Shown here: piece by piece, positions 20,135 to 29,829 of the stretch
Position numbering within the stretch: position 1 is the stretch's first letter
Layout of the letters: each line of letters opens with the position of its first letter
Assembly: GCA_964474825.1 (NCBI GenBank)
Contig: CAYYWQ010000001.1
Coordinates: forward strand, 820,152 to 884,151
DNA: 64,000 nt
Direction of reading: 5' to 3'
DNA from: an uncultured Candidatus Saccharibacteria bacterium
GTDB taxonomy: Bacteria > Patescibacteriota > Doudnabacteria > UBA920
The notes under the pieces: model-generated
The model's input: the letters and a program-made list of their open reading frames with translations, nothing else
Told to the model about the DNA's origin: nothing
Database searches by the model: none
Made by a program: the position numbers and the translations under genes

Positions 20135-21073
20135 TTATTTTTCCTTATGATGCGTAGTAATATAGCGAATAGTCCCGCTTTGGCCGCGGATGACTATGGA
20201 ATGGGTAATAATTTGGCCGTTTTCATAGCGAACGCCGTCAAGCAGTGGGCCGTCTATTATTCCAGTTGCGGTAAAAGTTAATTGGTTTCCTTTGGCTAAG
20301 TCATTCACACTGTAAACTTTTTTGTCGTTAAGGCCGTGTTTTTTTAGGAGCTGATGGTGCGCATCTTTCATTGGGCTAAAGCGCGCGAATATTTGTCCGC
20401 CTAAAATTTTTATGGCAACTGCGGCAAGTACCGACTCAGCCGAAGCCCCAATTCCCATTAAAAGATCAATTCCGGATTCCGGCATACACGGCGCAATTGC
20501 TCCGGCAACGTCGCCGTCAGTTATAAGACGCACTCGGGCGCCTGTCTTTCTTATCTGCGCGATTAAATCCGTGTGGCGCGGGCGGTCCATAACACACACA
20601 GTAACATCACCAACTTTTTTTCCTAAAGCTTTTGCAACTTTTGTAATATTTACCTTAACTGGCGCGCCCATTTTTATAACCTTAGCTGCCTTAGGTCCTG
20701 CAGCAAGTTTTTCCATATAAGTGTCCGGCGCGTTAAGCAGACTGCCTTTGGCTCCCGCAGCAATTACAGAAATTGCGTTATAACGGCCAAAAGCTACGCT
20801 ATCCGTGCATTCTAAAGGGTCGATAGCTAAATCCATCACTGGCAACTTCCCCATACCCACAATCTCCCCATTATAAAGCTCCGGGGCTTCGTCTTTTTGC
20901 CCTTCGCCAATTACAACAACACCTTTAAAATCTATTTGGTTAAACCTGTCGCGCATTTCGTCCACTGCCGCGCCGTCGGCCTTTTTAGCCTCACCCTTCC
21001 CCACCCACTTAGAAGCCGCTATGGCAGCTGCCTCTGTAACCCGCACAAATTCTAACGCTAAGTTTCTATCCAT
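20135..21073 (-). CDS. glpX: Fructose-1,6-bisphosphatase class II (GlpX)
   Basis: MDRNLALEFVRVTEAAAIAASKWVGKG...DGAAVDEM is a typical GlpX N-terminus. Confidence 0.85.
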   Translation of the reverse strand: MDRNLALEFVRVTEAAAIAASKWVGKGEAKKADGAAVDEMRDRFNQIDFKGVVVIGEGQKDEAPELYNGEIVGMGKLPVMDLAIDPLECTDSVAFGRYNAISVIAAGAKGSLLNAPDTYMEKLAAGPKAAKVIKMGAPVKVNITKVAKALGKKVGDVTVCVMDRPRHTDLIAQIRKTGARVRLITDGDVAGAIAPCMPESGIDLLMGIGASAESVLAAVAIKILGGQIFARFSPMKDAHHQLLKKHGLNDKKVYSVNDLAKGNQLTFTATGIIDGPLLDGVRYENGQIITHSIVIRGQSGTIRYITTHHKEK

Positions 21074-21089
21074 ATGATTATAAAAATAT

Positions 21090-21365
21090 TTATTCTAAAC
21101 CTTTTTCTTTAACAGTTTTTGGTAATAACCTTGTCCCAGGATCTTGAGGGTCTATGCTCATCCAAAATTCCTCTCCATTTACTCTAACTTTTAGAAATTC
21201 TCCTTCTTTAGGAGTTATATTTTTTGAAGCTAAAAGACGAGCCATCTCAATTCTTTCATCCCTAGTTTTTGGAGAAAACCCCGCGAGTATAAAATCATAC
21301 TCAAATGGTTCCAAATCAATAGGTTCTTTAGGCCCTTCTCTTCTTTCACCTTTTTCACTTGTCAT
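21090..21365 (-). CDS. Hypothetical protein (91 aa)
   Basis: ORF in an operon-like arrangement. Confidence 0.35.
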   Translation of the reverse strand: MTSEKGERREGPKEPIDLEPFEYDFILAGFSPKTRDERIEMARLLASKNITPKEGEFLKVRVNGEEFWMSIDPQDPGTRLLPKTVKEKGLE

Positions 21366-21371
21366 AATTGC

Positions 21372-23219
21372 TTAAATTAATTTTTTTACTTTTTTAATTA
21401 TAGCATCCTTATCTATCTCTTCATAAGCTAAAAGTTCTTCGGGTTTACCACTATGAGGCATCTTCCGGACAGTAAGACTTGCAACTTGATAACTTGATAA
21501 CTTTCCACTTGTGGCCAGTGCACTGGCCACCGCTTCTCCAATACCGCCCGCTTCAAAGTGATCTTCAACAGTAATAATTGCTTTGGTTTCTTTGGCGGCT
21601 TTTTCTAAAGTTGCAACATCTATTGGCTTTATAGAATATAAATCTATAACTCTAATATTTATATTTTCTTTTTGCAGTTCTTCGTAAGCAGCAAGGGCTT
21701 CGTGAAGTGTTATGCCTGCGCCGATTACAGTAACTTGGTCGTTAGCGGATGTTTTTAAGGTCTTAGATCCGCCAATGGGAAATTCATCAGCCTGATTATA
21801 TAAAATAGCTGTGTCTTTTCTTGTGGTCTGGATGTAAACATTCCCAAAATGTTTTGCGGCTTCGGCGACTAATTTTCCTGTTGAAACTGCGTCAGAAGGA
21901 TACAGCACAACTGACCCTAAAAGCGTTCTAAACATTGCAATTTCTTCTAAACCCATTTGTGAGGCGCCGTCTTCGCCAATGCTTACGCCAGCGTGGGAGC
22001 CCACGAATTTTATGTTGCTGTTTGCAAACTGGGACATTCTAATTTGGTCAAAAGCGCGGCTAAAAAATGCCGCGAATGTGGAAATAAACGGAATTTTTCC
22101 GCGCCTGGAAAACCCTAGCGCCACCCCAGCCATATTCTGCTCCGCAATAAACATTTCAACGTAATGTTCTGGGTGGGCTTTGCGGAACAATTCTGCAAAA
22201 GTGGAATTAGAAGTCTCTCCGTCCAACACCACCATATTTGGGTGCGCCGCAAAAATATTTACCAAAGCATTTCCATACGCTTTTCGCGTAGCAACTTTTT
22301 TGTCCAACGGATAATCTGTAAATTTAATTTCGCTCTTTTCACTTTTAACTTTCAACTTGTCACTTTCAACTTGTTCCGGTTTCGCAATGTGGCCGATTAA
22401 CCCCTTATCCACCGTCCCCAACTCCTCCAGCGCCTTAGCTAAATCTTCCCCCGAAAGCGCCACCCCATGCTTGCCTTCTTTGTCTTCCAAAAATGAAACG
22501 CCTTTACCTTTTAAAGTTTTGGCAATTATTATGGCTGGCTTGTCGCTAGACTGCATTACGCGCATAAAAGCAGCGCTAATTTCGTTTAAGCTGTGGCCGT
22601 CTACCACAATAGTTTCCCAGCCAAAAGCTTTAAACCGCTGCTCATAAACCTCGGTGTGGTGTCCAAGCATGGTTTCTCTGCTTTGCCCCAGGCGGTTAAC
22701 GTCTAAAATTGCAATTAAATTATTTAATTTATAAAAACTTGCCGCAGCGGCAGCTTCCCAAGAGCTACCTTCGGCCATTTCGCTGTCCCCCAAAAGTACA
22801 AAAGTTCTGTAGGACAAATTATCCATTTTTGCATTAAGCGCCATACCCACGCCAACGGAAAGACCTTGCCCCAAAGACCCGGTAGGCACCTCGGTATATT
22901 TAAATTCCATGGTCGGGTGTCCCTCTAACTTGCTGCCAAATTTTCGCAACGTCAAAAGTTCCTGCTCGCTTACTTTTCCGGCCACAGTATACAAAGAATA
23001 AAAAAGCGGGCTGGCGTGCCCTTTGCTAAAAATTAAACGGTCGTTATTTTCAAAATCTGTATTATCCAAGTCCGCCTTAAAATTTCCGCCAAACATTAAC
23101 ACGGTCATTAAGTCGGCGGCCGACAAACTAGATGTAGGATGCCCACTCCCCGCGGCCGTAGTGGAGGTTAAAATATAGTAGCGGACAAGTTTGGCTAATT
23201 CAGATAAGTCATTCTTCAT
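21372..23219 (-). CDS. tkt: Transketolase
   Basis: 615 aa. GHPTSSLSAADLMTVLMF TPP-binding N-terminus and a C-terminal domain. Confidence 0.85.
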   Translation of the reverse strand: MKNDLSELAKLVRYYILTSTTAAGSGHPTSSLSAADLMTVLMFGGNFKADLDNTDFENNDRLIFSKGHASPLFYSLYTVAGKVSEQELLTLRKFGSKLEGHPTMEFKYTEVPTGSLGQGLSVGVGMALNAKMDNLSYRTFVLLGDSEMAEGSSWEAAAAASFYKLNNLIAILDVNRLGQSRETMLGHHTEVYEQRFKAFGWETIVVDGHSLNEISAAFMRVMQSSDKPAIIIAKTLKGKGVSFLEDKEGKHGVALSGEDLAKALEELGTVDKGLIGHIAKPEQVESDKLKVKSEKSEIKFTDYPLDKKVATRKAYGNALVNIFAAHPNMVVLDGETSNSTFAELFRKAHPEHYVEMFIAEQNMAGVALGFSRRGKIPFISTFAAFFSRAFDQIRMSQFANSNIKFVGSHAGVSIGEDGASQMGLEEIAMFRTLLGSVVLYPSDAVSTGKLVAEAAKHFGNVYIQTTRKDTAILYNQADEFPIGGSKTLKTSANDQVTVIGAGITLHEALAAYEELQKENINIRVIDLYSIKPIDVATLEKAAKETKAIITVEDHFEAGGIGEAVASALATSGKLSSYQVASLTVRKMPHSGKPEELLAYEEIDKDAIIKKVKKLI

Positions 23220-23227
23220 AACGAAAA

Positions 23228-23545
23228 TTAATTTATATACTCAGATTTATGATTTTCTAGAAACTCTCTCGCTGCAATGTCATGTGAGGCTAATTCAGTA
23301 ATCTGGCTAACAATATCTTGACGATATTTAGTTAATCTCTCTATTTCTTTTAACGCTTCGCCATAAGCCTTAGTTTCTTTACTAACTTCCCTTTTTGAGA
23401 CTTTTGCTTGTTCAAAAATTTCCTTATAGCCCGCGACCTCAGCTTCCAGAACCTCAAGCCTTTTTTCAACTCCCTCCCATACATGCATTAATGGCCCAGA
23501 TTCTTCCTGGTAGACAGAATAATCACTTGATAATTCATTTTTCAT
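23228..23545 (-). CDS. Hypothetical coiled-coil protein (105 aa)
   Basis: ORF, charged and helical composition. Confidence 0.35.
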   Translation of the reverse strand: MKNELSSDYSVYQEESGPLMHVWEGVEKRLEVLEAEVAGYKEIFEQAKVSKREVSKETKAYGEALKEIERLTKYRQDIVSQITELASHDIAAREFLENHKSEYIN

Positions 23546-23579
23546 ATATTTTGATTATATACAATTCCTGTCATATTTT

Positions 23580-23608
23580 AAAGGGTCGACCTTAAGGTCA
23601 ACCCTTTA
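23580..23608 (-). terminator. Terminator hairpin downstream of metK
   Basis: AAGGGTCGACC-TTAA-GGTCAACCCTT immediately 3' of the metK stop. Confidence 0.4.
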
Positions 23609-23618
23609 TTTACAATAA

Positions 23619-24797
23619 TTATTTCCTGGCTTTAGAAAGTTTTTTAAGCTCCCTTACCTTGTCTGTTCTTTCCCACGGAAATTTAACGTCTGTTCTGCCA
23701 AAGTGGCCGTAGGCCGCGGTTTGTTCGTAAATTGGTTTTTCCAAACCTAATTGCTTAACTATGTCCGCTGGCTTCATTGGAAAAATTTGCTCAACTATAT
23801 TTTCCAATTTGTCGTCCGAAATTTTTCCGGTGCCATAAGTGTCTACCATAGCGCTAACCGGTTTTGCCACGCCAATGGCGTAAGCCAACTGTACCAAACA
23901 TTTTTTAGCAAGGCCCGAAGCCACAACATTTTTGGCAATGTAGCGAGCGGCGTAAGCAGCGCTTCTGTCTACCTTAGTAACACACTTACCAGAAAATGCG
24001 CCGCCGCCGTGTGGGGCATAGCCCCCGTAAGTGTCTACTATAATTTTGCGGCCAGTTAGGCCTGCGTCTGCGGGCGGCCCACCAATTACAAACCTACCTG
24101 TGGAATTTATAAATACTTTTACATTTTTGTTAAACCATTTGCCAAGCACAGGCTTTATAACCTGGTTTGTAATGTCGGCACGAAGCTGCTCTGTAGTAAC
24201 ATCTTCGCTATGATGCGCAGCAATAACCACAGTAGTCACAGTTTTTGGCTTGCCTCCAACATATTCAATACTAACCTGACTCTTGCCGTCTGGCCGCAAA
24301 TACGGTAATTTTTTATTCTTGCGTACTTCAGCTAATTTTCTTGTAAGACGATGCGCCAGTGAAATAGGCAGCGGCATTAACTCTTTAGTTTCGTCGCAAG
24401 CAAAACCAAACATAAGACCCTGGTCACCCGCGCCCTGCTCTTTAAACTCTCCTTTACCTTCGTCTACGCCCTGGGCTATGTCTGGCGACTGTTCGTGCAA
24501 AGTGGAAATAACGCCGACGTCTGAAAAACAAAAGCCATATTCTGGTTTGTCGTAACCAATTTTTTTAAGCGTCCTGCGCACAACCGCCTGAATGTCTACA
24601 TAGGCTTTAGTCCTGGCCTCGCCGCCAACTACCACTAAACCTGTGGTGGCAAAGCACTCAATGCCAGCATGAGCTTTTTTGTCCTGCTTAAGCATTTCGT
24701 CATAAATGGCGTCACTAATTTGGTCGCATACTTTGTCCGGATGTCCTTCTGTTACGGACTCGGAGGTAAACAGTTTGGTTTGTGCTGATATTTTCAT
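23619..24797 (-). CDS. metK: S-adenosylmethionine synthetase
   Basis: [18 protein letters not shown] and GGGAFSGK motifs. Confidence 0.9.
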   Translation of the reverse strand: MKISAQTKLFTSESVTEGHPDKVCDQISDAIYDEMLKQDKKAHAGIECFATTGLVVVGGEARTKAYVDIQAVVRRTLKKIGYDKPEYGFCFSDVGVISTLHEQSPDIAQGVDEGKGEFKEQGAGDQGLMFGFACDETKELMPLPISLAHRLTRKLAEVRKNKKLPYLRPDGKSQVSIEYVGGKPKTVTTVVIAAHHSEDVTTEQLRADITNQVIKPVLGKWFNKNVKVFINSTGRFVIGGPPADAGLTGRKIIVDTYGGYAPHGGGAFSGKCVTKVDRSAAYAARYIAKNVVASGLAKKCLVQLAYAIGVAKPVSAMVDTYGTGKISDDKLENIVEQIFPMKPADIVKQLGLEKPIYEQTAAYGHFGRTDVKFPWERTDKVRELKKLSKARK

Positions 24798-24869
24798 AGT
24801 ATTATCCTTACCCTCCTACGCCAAGGCTACGAAGGGTTATTACTCTAAAAAATAAATTAATATTGTGTA

Positions 24870-25003
24870 ATAAAAAAATCCGCCAAAGCGGATGGATAAT
24901 TTTATCTTCCCCGCGAGGGGCTAGAATTAGCACCGTATCGCCTTTCGGCGGATTGGTTGCTGGCAGGTCATTGGGCTAGTTCCCTAACTGCGCTCTTGAT
25001 AAA
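24870..25003 (-). promoter_or_regulatory. SAM-I (S-box) riboswitch with expression-platform terminator, in the metK leader
   Basis: Minus-strand RNA UUAUCAAGAG...UAGGGAACUAGCCCAAUGA...GCAACC...GGUGCUAAUUCU...GAAGAUAA matches the SAM-I conserved core. It is followed by the hairpin AUCCGC-UUUG-GCGGAU plus a U7 run (24873-24896). Confidence 0.65.
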
Positions 25004-25020
25004 TATTAAGTTGTAAAAAC

Positions 25021-25049
25021 ATTATACTCCTAAAAAGCTAAGTTGTCAA
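25021..25049 (-). promoter_or_regulatory. sigma70-like promoter TTGACA-17-TATAAT driving the riboswitch and metK
   Basis: The reverse complement of 25044-25049 is TTGACA and of 25021-25026 is TATAAT, with a 17-nt spacer. Confidence 0.5.
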
Positions 25050-25054
25050 ATTTG

Positions 25055-25639
25055 TCAGCCAAAACCAGCCAAATGCGTGCCCAAGGGTTTTCCGCGAATG
25101 CCTGTGCCTGCTGGGTCAATATCAATCCATGTATTCCCGACCCGTACCTTTAAATACTGATGAATAAACATATTCACAAATACGTGCTGAACTTTTATGT
25201 CCTCGGGCCTAAAATATTTACTATTAACTAACAAAGCCGAAACTAAATAGTTTATGGCAGTGCAATAAATAAAATCTTTAGTACTCCAAATTTCACTTAA
25301 GTCCTTAACAAATGCCCGTGGCAACCGAGTAGCCGCCTGGAAACGGGTATGGTTCCACTGGTATTTGTTCTTTTCCATAACTAAATCAAACACCGCCTGC
25401 AAATAGGAGAACTGGTCTTTTGACTGTGCTTCTAAATCTAAAATGACCGCTTTAATTTCCTCGGGAACTTTTAACGGGGGCTTAAAACCTCCCCACTCCA
25501 TAAAAGGAACTACAAAGCGCGACATCACGTAGACGAGTAAAACATAAATCGCGACCAATATAACAATAAAAATAAATGTGCTCATATTAAGGAACATTTT
25601 CCGCTGGAAGGCGTTATATACAGTAACGGCTTTTAACAA
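25055..25639 (-). CDS. Membrane protein with transglutaminase-like Cys-His-Asp core
   Basis: N-terminal TM. FIYCTAINYLVSALL ... QHVFVNMF ... WIDIDPAG resembles a transglutaminase-like triad. Confidence 0.4.
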   Translation of the reverse strand: MLKAVTVYNAFQRKMFLNMSTFIFIVILVAIYVLLVYVMSRFVVPFMEWGGFKPPLKVPEEIKAVILDLEAQSKDQFSYLQAVFDLVMEKNKYQWNHTRFQAATRLPRAFVKDLSEIWSTKDFIYCTAINYLVSALLVNSKYFRPEDIKVQHVFVNMFIHQYLKVRVGNTWIDIDPAGTGIRGKPLGTHLAGFG

Positions 25640-25653
25640 ATAAACCTGCGCTT

Positions 25654-26166
25654 ATGTTACTAATTATAATTGCTATTGTAATATTTGTACTGCTGATTTT
25701 TTACTGTATAGAAATTGTCAGCGAAAACACCGTATATGTTATTGAAACTTTTGGTAAATTTAGCCGCATTATGCCTGCAGGACTGAATTTTCGCGTTCCC
25801 GTGTTGGAACAAGTGGTGGAAAAAATTAGTTTAAAGCAGCAGACTTTTTCCTTTACCGGGCGCTACCACACTGTAAATAAAGAAGCTCTGGACGTAACAG
25901 CCAACATAATTTTTTCAGTAACACCAACCGCGGAAGCAATAACAAACTTTGTTTACACTTTGGAGGACCGCGACAAAACAATTAGCGCCACAATAGAAAA
26001 CGCATTACGGACTTCCATTGCCAGAGAAACTCATGACGATGTTTTGCAAAAAAAGGAAGCACTGACCCAAGAAGTAAAAAAAGACTTACAAACCCAATTC
26101 ACCCAATGGGGAATTGAAGTATTAAATTTTCAAATATTGGCGGTGAAGTTTATATTGAATGTTTAG
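25654..26166 (+). CDS. SPFH/band-7 domain protein (short)
   Basis: N-terminal TM, then VIETFGKFSRIMPAGLNFRVP, which is a typical SPFH start. Confidence 0.5.
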   Translation: MLLIIIAIVIFVLLIFYCIEIVSENTVYVIETFGKFSRIMPAGLNFRVPVLEQVVEKISLKQQTFSFTGRYHTVNKEALDVTANIIFSVTPTAEAITNFVYTLEDRDKTISATIENALRTSIARETHDDVLQKKEALTQEVKKDLQTQFTQWGIEVLNFQILAVKFILNV

Positions 26167-26221
26167 AATCTGGTTTTTTAACTTAAAGGGTGATCAAAAT
26201 TAACCCTGCAATTACCATGAA

Positions 26222-26599
26222 TTAACTTTTTGTAACGTCAATAGCTGTTTTTAATTGTTCGCCATATTTCTGAATATCTTGTGGATGTGTAACTGCTGGG
26301 TTAAGGAGTACCTCCATAACACCTTTGCGTTTGCTGTAGTAGAATCGGAAAACAGTATTAATGGTATATTGGTTATGAGCACTCTCGTTTTGCAAAAAAT
26401 GATCAGCCTCACTATCGCTTAAATAATACTGAAGTGCTTCACAAAGCCTAATGAAAAAAGGTTTTATAACGGAGACATCGCCGCTTATATTATACCTGTA
26501 CTCACCCACCTGTTCTATGGAAACGCCATAGGGTTTAAATTCTGGACTACCTAATGTATCTGTCATATAAGGAGTATAACAAAAAATATCTACAACCAA
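26222..26599 (-). CDS. Hypothetical protein
   Basis: ORF only. Confidence 0.3.
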   Translation of the reverse strand: MVVDIFCYTPYMTDTLGSPEFKPYGVSIEQVGEYRYNISGDVSVIKPFFIRLCEALQYYLSDSEADHFLQNESAHNQYTINTVFRFYYSKRKGVMEVLLNPAVTHPQDIQKYGEQLKTAIDVTKS

Positions 26600-26687
26600 A
26601 AATGTTCTTTATGCGACAAAAGAATTAACACCCCACAGCCCCCTTTTCATAAAAGGGCTTTTTTGGTAGAATTGGTAAGTAAAATCC

Positions 26688-26762
26688 GCGGGTATCGTAT
26701 AGCGGTTATTATCTCAGTTTTCCAAACTGATGATGGGGGTTCGACTCCCCCTACCCGCTCCA
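26688..26762 (+). tRNA. tRNA-Gly (anticodon UCC)
   Basis: GCGGGTA acceptor / TACCCGC. Anticodon arm TCAGT-TTTCCAA-ACTGA. T-arm GGGGG-TTCGACT-CCCCC. 3' TCCA. Confidence 0.85.
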
Positions 26763-26771
26763 GACAATTTT

Positions 26772-26799
26772 AAAAGCCCCCACTTGGGGGCTTTTTCTT
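26772..26799 (+). terminator. Terminator after tRNA-Gly
   Basis: AAAAGCCCCC-ACTT-GGGGGCTTTTT. Confidence 0.5.
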
Positions 26800-26843
26800 C
26801 TGTAGGCATCTGTAGTGTAATTTAATCCGTAGTTCTGTAGCTC
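26800..26843. repeat. CTGTAG-family repeat (right-arm copy CTGTAGGCATCTGTAGTG plus TTCTGTAGCTC tail) abutting the HU stop codon
   Basis: Shares about 40 nt with the copy at 48979-49016. Confidence 0.5.
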
Positions 26844-27124
26844 TATCTTAATTTTACCGCAGCCTTAAACGCTTCACCCGCTTTAAACTTTGGGGTGTTG
26901 AGCTCAGGGATGGTAATTTTCTGGGAAGGATTACGGGGGTTAACGCCAATTCTGGAAGCACGGTGGGACACGCTAAACTGGCCAAAACCCGAAATATTAA
27001 CTTTGTCTCCGGTCCTTAGCTGTTCGTAAACCATGCTAATTAAGGTATTTAAAAATCTTTCCGCTTCGCTGTGGGTTATACCCAATTTAGCGGCTAATTG
27101 CTCGGTGAGCTGGAGTTTATTCAT
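26843..27124 (-). CDS. hup: HU family DNA-binding protein
   Basis: 93 aa. GFGQFSV...RNPRTGE-like HU arm. Confidence 0.85.
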   Translation of the reverse strand: MNKLQLTEQLAAKLGITHSEAERFLNTLISMVYEQLRTGDKVNISGFGQFSVSHRASRIGVNPRNPSQKITIPELNTPKFKAGEAFKAAVKLR

Positions 27125-27193
27125 ATATGTTTGTGTTAATTATCTTTAGGCCTTTTAGATACGAAACTTGGCTCAAAAAAGGTGCGTATTAAT

Positions 27194-27222
27194 ATTATAG
27201 GTTATTTTTTTTACTCTGACCA
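27194..27222 (-). promoter_or_regulatory. Candidate promoter for hup (TGGTCA-17-TATAAT)
   Basis: The reverse complement of 27194-27199 is TATAAT. The -35-like box lies within the palindrome TTTTACTCTGACCAGAGTAAAA. Confidence 0.3.
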
Positions 27223-27306
27223 GAGTAAAACAGCTTAAATAAGCAGGTCCTAATTATACTAACGTTAGTTTGGGCAATTTGTTGCTCTTTTTTATTTCTA
27301 AATTTT

Positions 27307-27774
27307 TTATTCTTTATCTGCCTCATCTATTTTTACCGGCACGTCTGTAATTTCTTCCCCTTCCGGAAACAATTCTTTATACAAAGTCCCAAGCACACCA
27401 TTTAAAAATTTGCCGCTACCATCCCCGCCAAAAGTTTTGGCTAATTCCACGGCTTCGTTAATCGCCACTTTAGGCGGCACGGCTTTTAAAAACATAAGTT
27501 CAAAAATACCCAAACGCAAAACGCTCCGGTCCACGCCGTCTATTTGGTCCAGTGGCCACTCCGGCGCGGTTTTAACAATAATTTTGTCTATTTCTTCCAA
27601 ATTATTAGCCACGCCTTCGGCCAACTCAAAAATAAAAGACGTGTCTTCCATTTCGCCGGAAAATTCCGCAATATGGTTTTTGACGATCGTCTTTAAATCT
27701 TCCTGCCTCTGTTTAAAATCCCATTCAAACAGGGACTGCATGGCAATGGTTCGTGATAGATGCCTATTAGCCAT
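27307..27774 (-). CDS. nusB: Transcription antitermination factor NusB
   Basis: 155 aa. [18 protein letters not shown]-terminus. Confidence 0.8.
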   Translation of the reverse strand: MANRHLSRTIAMQSLFEWDFKQRQEDLKTIVKNHIAEFSGEMEDTSFIFELAEGVANNLEEIDKIIVKTAPEWPLDQIDGVDRSVLRLGIFELMFLKAVPPKVAINEAVELAKTFGGDGSGKFLNGVLGTLYKELFPEGEEITDVPVKIDEADKE

Positions 27775-27799
27775 TTGTTTTCAAGAATTTCTACTAAAG

Positions 27800-27971
27800 T
27801 TATTTAGTAACTTTACGTCCCTTATAATAACCGCAGCTCATGCAAGGTAAATGAGGCTTGGTCGGGCTGCCGCAATTTTTACAAACTGCAAAAGAAGTAG
27901 CTTTTAAAGCGTGGTGGCTTCTGCGCTGGTTACGTCCACTCCGGGTCTTATGTTTCTTTGGAACTCCCATG
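27800..27971 (-). CDS. rpmF: 50S ribosomal protein L32
   Basis: Hand translation gives MGVPKKHKTRSGRNQRRSHHALKATSFAVCKNCGSPTKPHLPCMSCGYYKGRKVTK. It is below the ORF-track size cutoff. Confidence 0.7.
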
Positions 27972-28102
27972 GAATTGAATTTAAGATTAAAAATTTAAGA
28001 AAGTAAACAAATTATAGCGAATATTGGCACTTTCGTCAATTGTCCCGCCTGGAAATATAAACCTTAAAAAACCGGCGCGCAACCAAACATCGTTGCGCGC
28101 CC

Positions 28103-28612
28103 TTAGCCGTTGCTCCTCTGCCAAGATCTGAGCTCATGGAGCCACAGTACCCTCTCCCAGTTGTAAGGGAGCTTCTTGGCAGGAACAATGCTAAAAAGAA
28201 AAAAGTCGTCCAAGTCATCCCACCGCCACCCAATGCGGGTGTGGTACATTTCTTTATTGGTGTACGCAACATAGTATAGCTTCACCTTCCAGTAGCTTGT
28301 GGAAACTACTGTGCGAGACACCTGCCATTGGCCGGGCAGCGGTATGGGTTTGGGGTGACCTTCGTAAGTGCTGTAGCTCTGGTTTCCCAGAACCATTAGC
28401 GGAGGGTCGATACCGCACAGCACGGTATCCTTCCACTTTACAAAAGTTATCAACCCCCAAAGATAGTCGGCGTGATAACCGTCTTTACGTTTATCCACCA
28501 AACACCCGCCTCCCCCGTATTCCAAAAACACCGGGAGAACGTAGATGCCATAGGCGAACAACGGAATGAAAGTTACCAAAAATAACATCAAAAACTTCCG
28601 CCTTTTGGACAC
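28103..28612 (-). CDS. Hypothetical membrane-anchored protein (GTG start, GC-rich codon usage)
   Basis: SD GAGGAGG 6 nt upstream of GTG. N-terminal TM helix. Confidence 0.45.
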   Translation of the reverse strand: MSKRRKFLMLFLVTFIPLFAYGIYVLPVFLEYGGGGCLVDKRKDGYHADYLWGLITFVKWKDTVLCGIDPPLMVLGNQSYSTYEGHPKPIPLPGQWQVSRTVVSTSYWKVKLYYVAYTNKEMYHTRIGWRWDDLDDFFLFSIVPAKKLPYNWERVLWLHELRSWQRSNG

Positions 28613-28834
28613 TTAAGTCCTCCTCTAATAAAACAAACTTTAGCAAACAGCTCTATTTATTGCAAGCAATAATAAAAGACGTTTTTGCGAAGAAAAACGT
28701 CTTTTATTATTCTGTATTGTAAACCGTTGACTATGACAGGAGTTAATTTAAATTTGTGTCTTGCGATACAAACTTACATTAACCATAGTCAACGGATCAC
28801 AAAAAAGAAAGTGGGAGAGGGGCGGACGATCTTG

Positions 28835-28969
28835 TCATTCTGTGCCCCTTCCTTTGTAATTACTCTTGTCGGAGCGGTCCGACCGACTAATAGGAGGCTC
28901 TACCAGAATACTAAGTAGAACCAAAACTATTACAATCAGCCAACCGTAACCGACAAAAAAATCTGCCAT
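28835..28969 (-). CDS. Small hydrophobic peptide, 44 aa (MADFFVGYGWLIVIVLVLLSILVEPPISRSDRSDKSNYKGRGTE)
   Basis: ATG preceded by GGAGGGAAG. Single TM helix. Confidence 0.35.
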   Translation of the reverse strand: MADFFVGYGWLIVIVLVLLSILVEPPISRSDRSDKSNYKGRGTE

Positions 28970-29049
28970 CTTCCCTCCTTACGCTGGACCGCGGCGGGCC
29001 CAGGGAGCAAACCGCAAAAGACTTTACGGCCCGCTTTCGATTCACGAAG

Positions 29050-29142
29050 TTAGTGGCAGTGCTGATCCCCTGCAATCAACTGAACCACCGCCATCAAGAG
29101 AAAAAAGATGGCTGTAATGGCAGTAATCAAATCTCCCGCCAT
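29050..29142 (-). CDS. Small hydrophobic peptide, 30 aa (MAGDLITAITAIFFLLMAVVQLIAGDQHCH)
   Basis: SD AAGGGGGA upstream. The ATG overlaps the upstream peptide stop. It is in frame with a longer TTG-start ORF that has no SD. Confidence 0.3.
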   Translation of the reverse strand: MAGDLITAITAIFFLLMAVVQLIAGDQHCH

Positions 29143-29267
29143 TAATCTTTCCCCCTTTCCCAAACCAGGACCGGAACAAGCCCGATCCAAAGCAGCGCTT
29201 GGAACCACCAAGCCTGGCGATGGCGCTGCACCCTGCAGTGCCACCTTGTTTCGGTCTTTACCTTCAT
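29142..29267 (-). CDS. Small peptide, 41 aa (MKVKTETRWHCRVQRHRQAWWFQALLWIGLVPVLVWERGKD), translationally coupled to the next peptide
   Basis: SD GGAGG 6 nt upstream. Its stop overlaps the next ATG (TAATG). Confidence 0.3.
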   Translation of the reverse strand: MKVKTETRWHCRVQRHRQAWWFQALLWIGLVPVLVWERGKD

Positions 29268-29458
29268 TCCCTACCTCCAAACCTGCCCACTAAAATTTAA
29301 CAGGCAAATTTGGAAGTCGTATTTTAAAAAATTTGGGTGGGAGAGTGAAAAACTACGAACAACATCACTCTCCCCATTCTGCAATCAATCGCGATCCTCC
29401 TTTGCCCCGGGTAACGGGGCGATGTGTCTTCCCGCGCGGCGGCGGGATTATCTCGTGC

Positions 29459-29605
29459 CTATCGGTACAACATTCTGGCTGAGAACTGCCGTCCTAGCAT
29501 CTCAAGCCAATCCGAGTGGGTCAGGATTAATATCATGGCCCCACCCAAAAAAACCCAACAAATCCACGGGATTCTTACCCGTGGGAAACGGATATGAAAC
29601 GTCAC
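29459..29605 (-). CDS. Small hydrophobic peptide, about 48 aa, GTG start (VTFHIRFPRVRIPWICWVFLGGAMILILTHSDWLEMLGRQFSARMLYR)
   Basis: SD GGAGGAAGGAG 5 nt upstream of GTG. TM helix. Confidence 0.3.
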   Translation of the reverse strand: MTFHIRFPRVRIPWICWVFLGGAMILILTHSDWLEMLGRQFSARMLYR

Positions 29606-29829
29606 CCGATTCTCCTTCCTCCCGGCGTTTGGGGGACTACTTCCTTTCGGAAGCATTCACGCGCGTGAGGATAAAAATTCCAAATTATTTTGGAAACTTT
29701 ATTCCAACTGCGTTATGAACATTCTATTCCTTTTTCTATTTTTTTCAAGCCAGTACCTTAATGTCTGATACTTTGGCCGCGTTAAGTTTGGGCGGGGTCG
29801 TGGACATGTTCTGTCCACGACCCCGCGTG

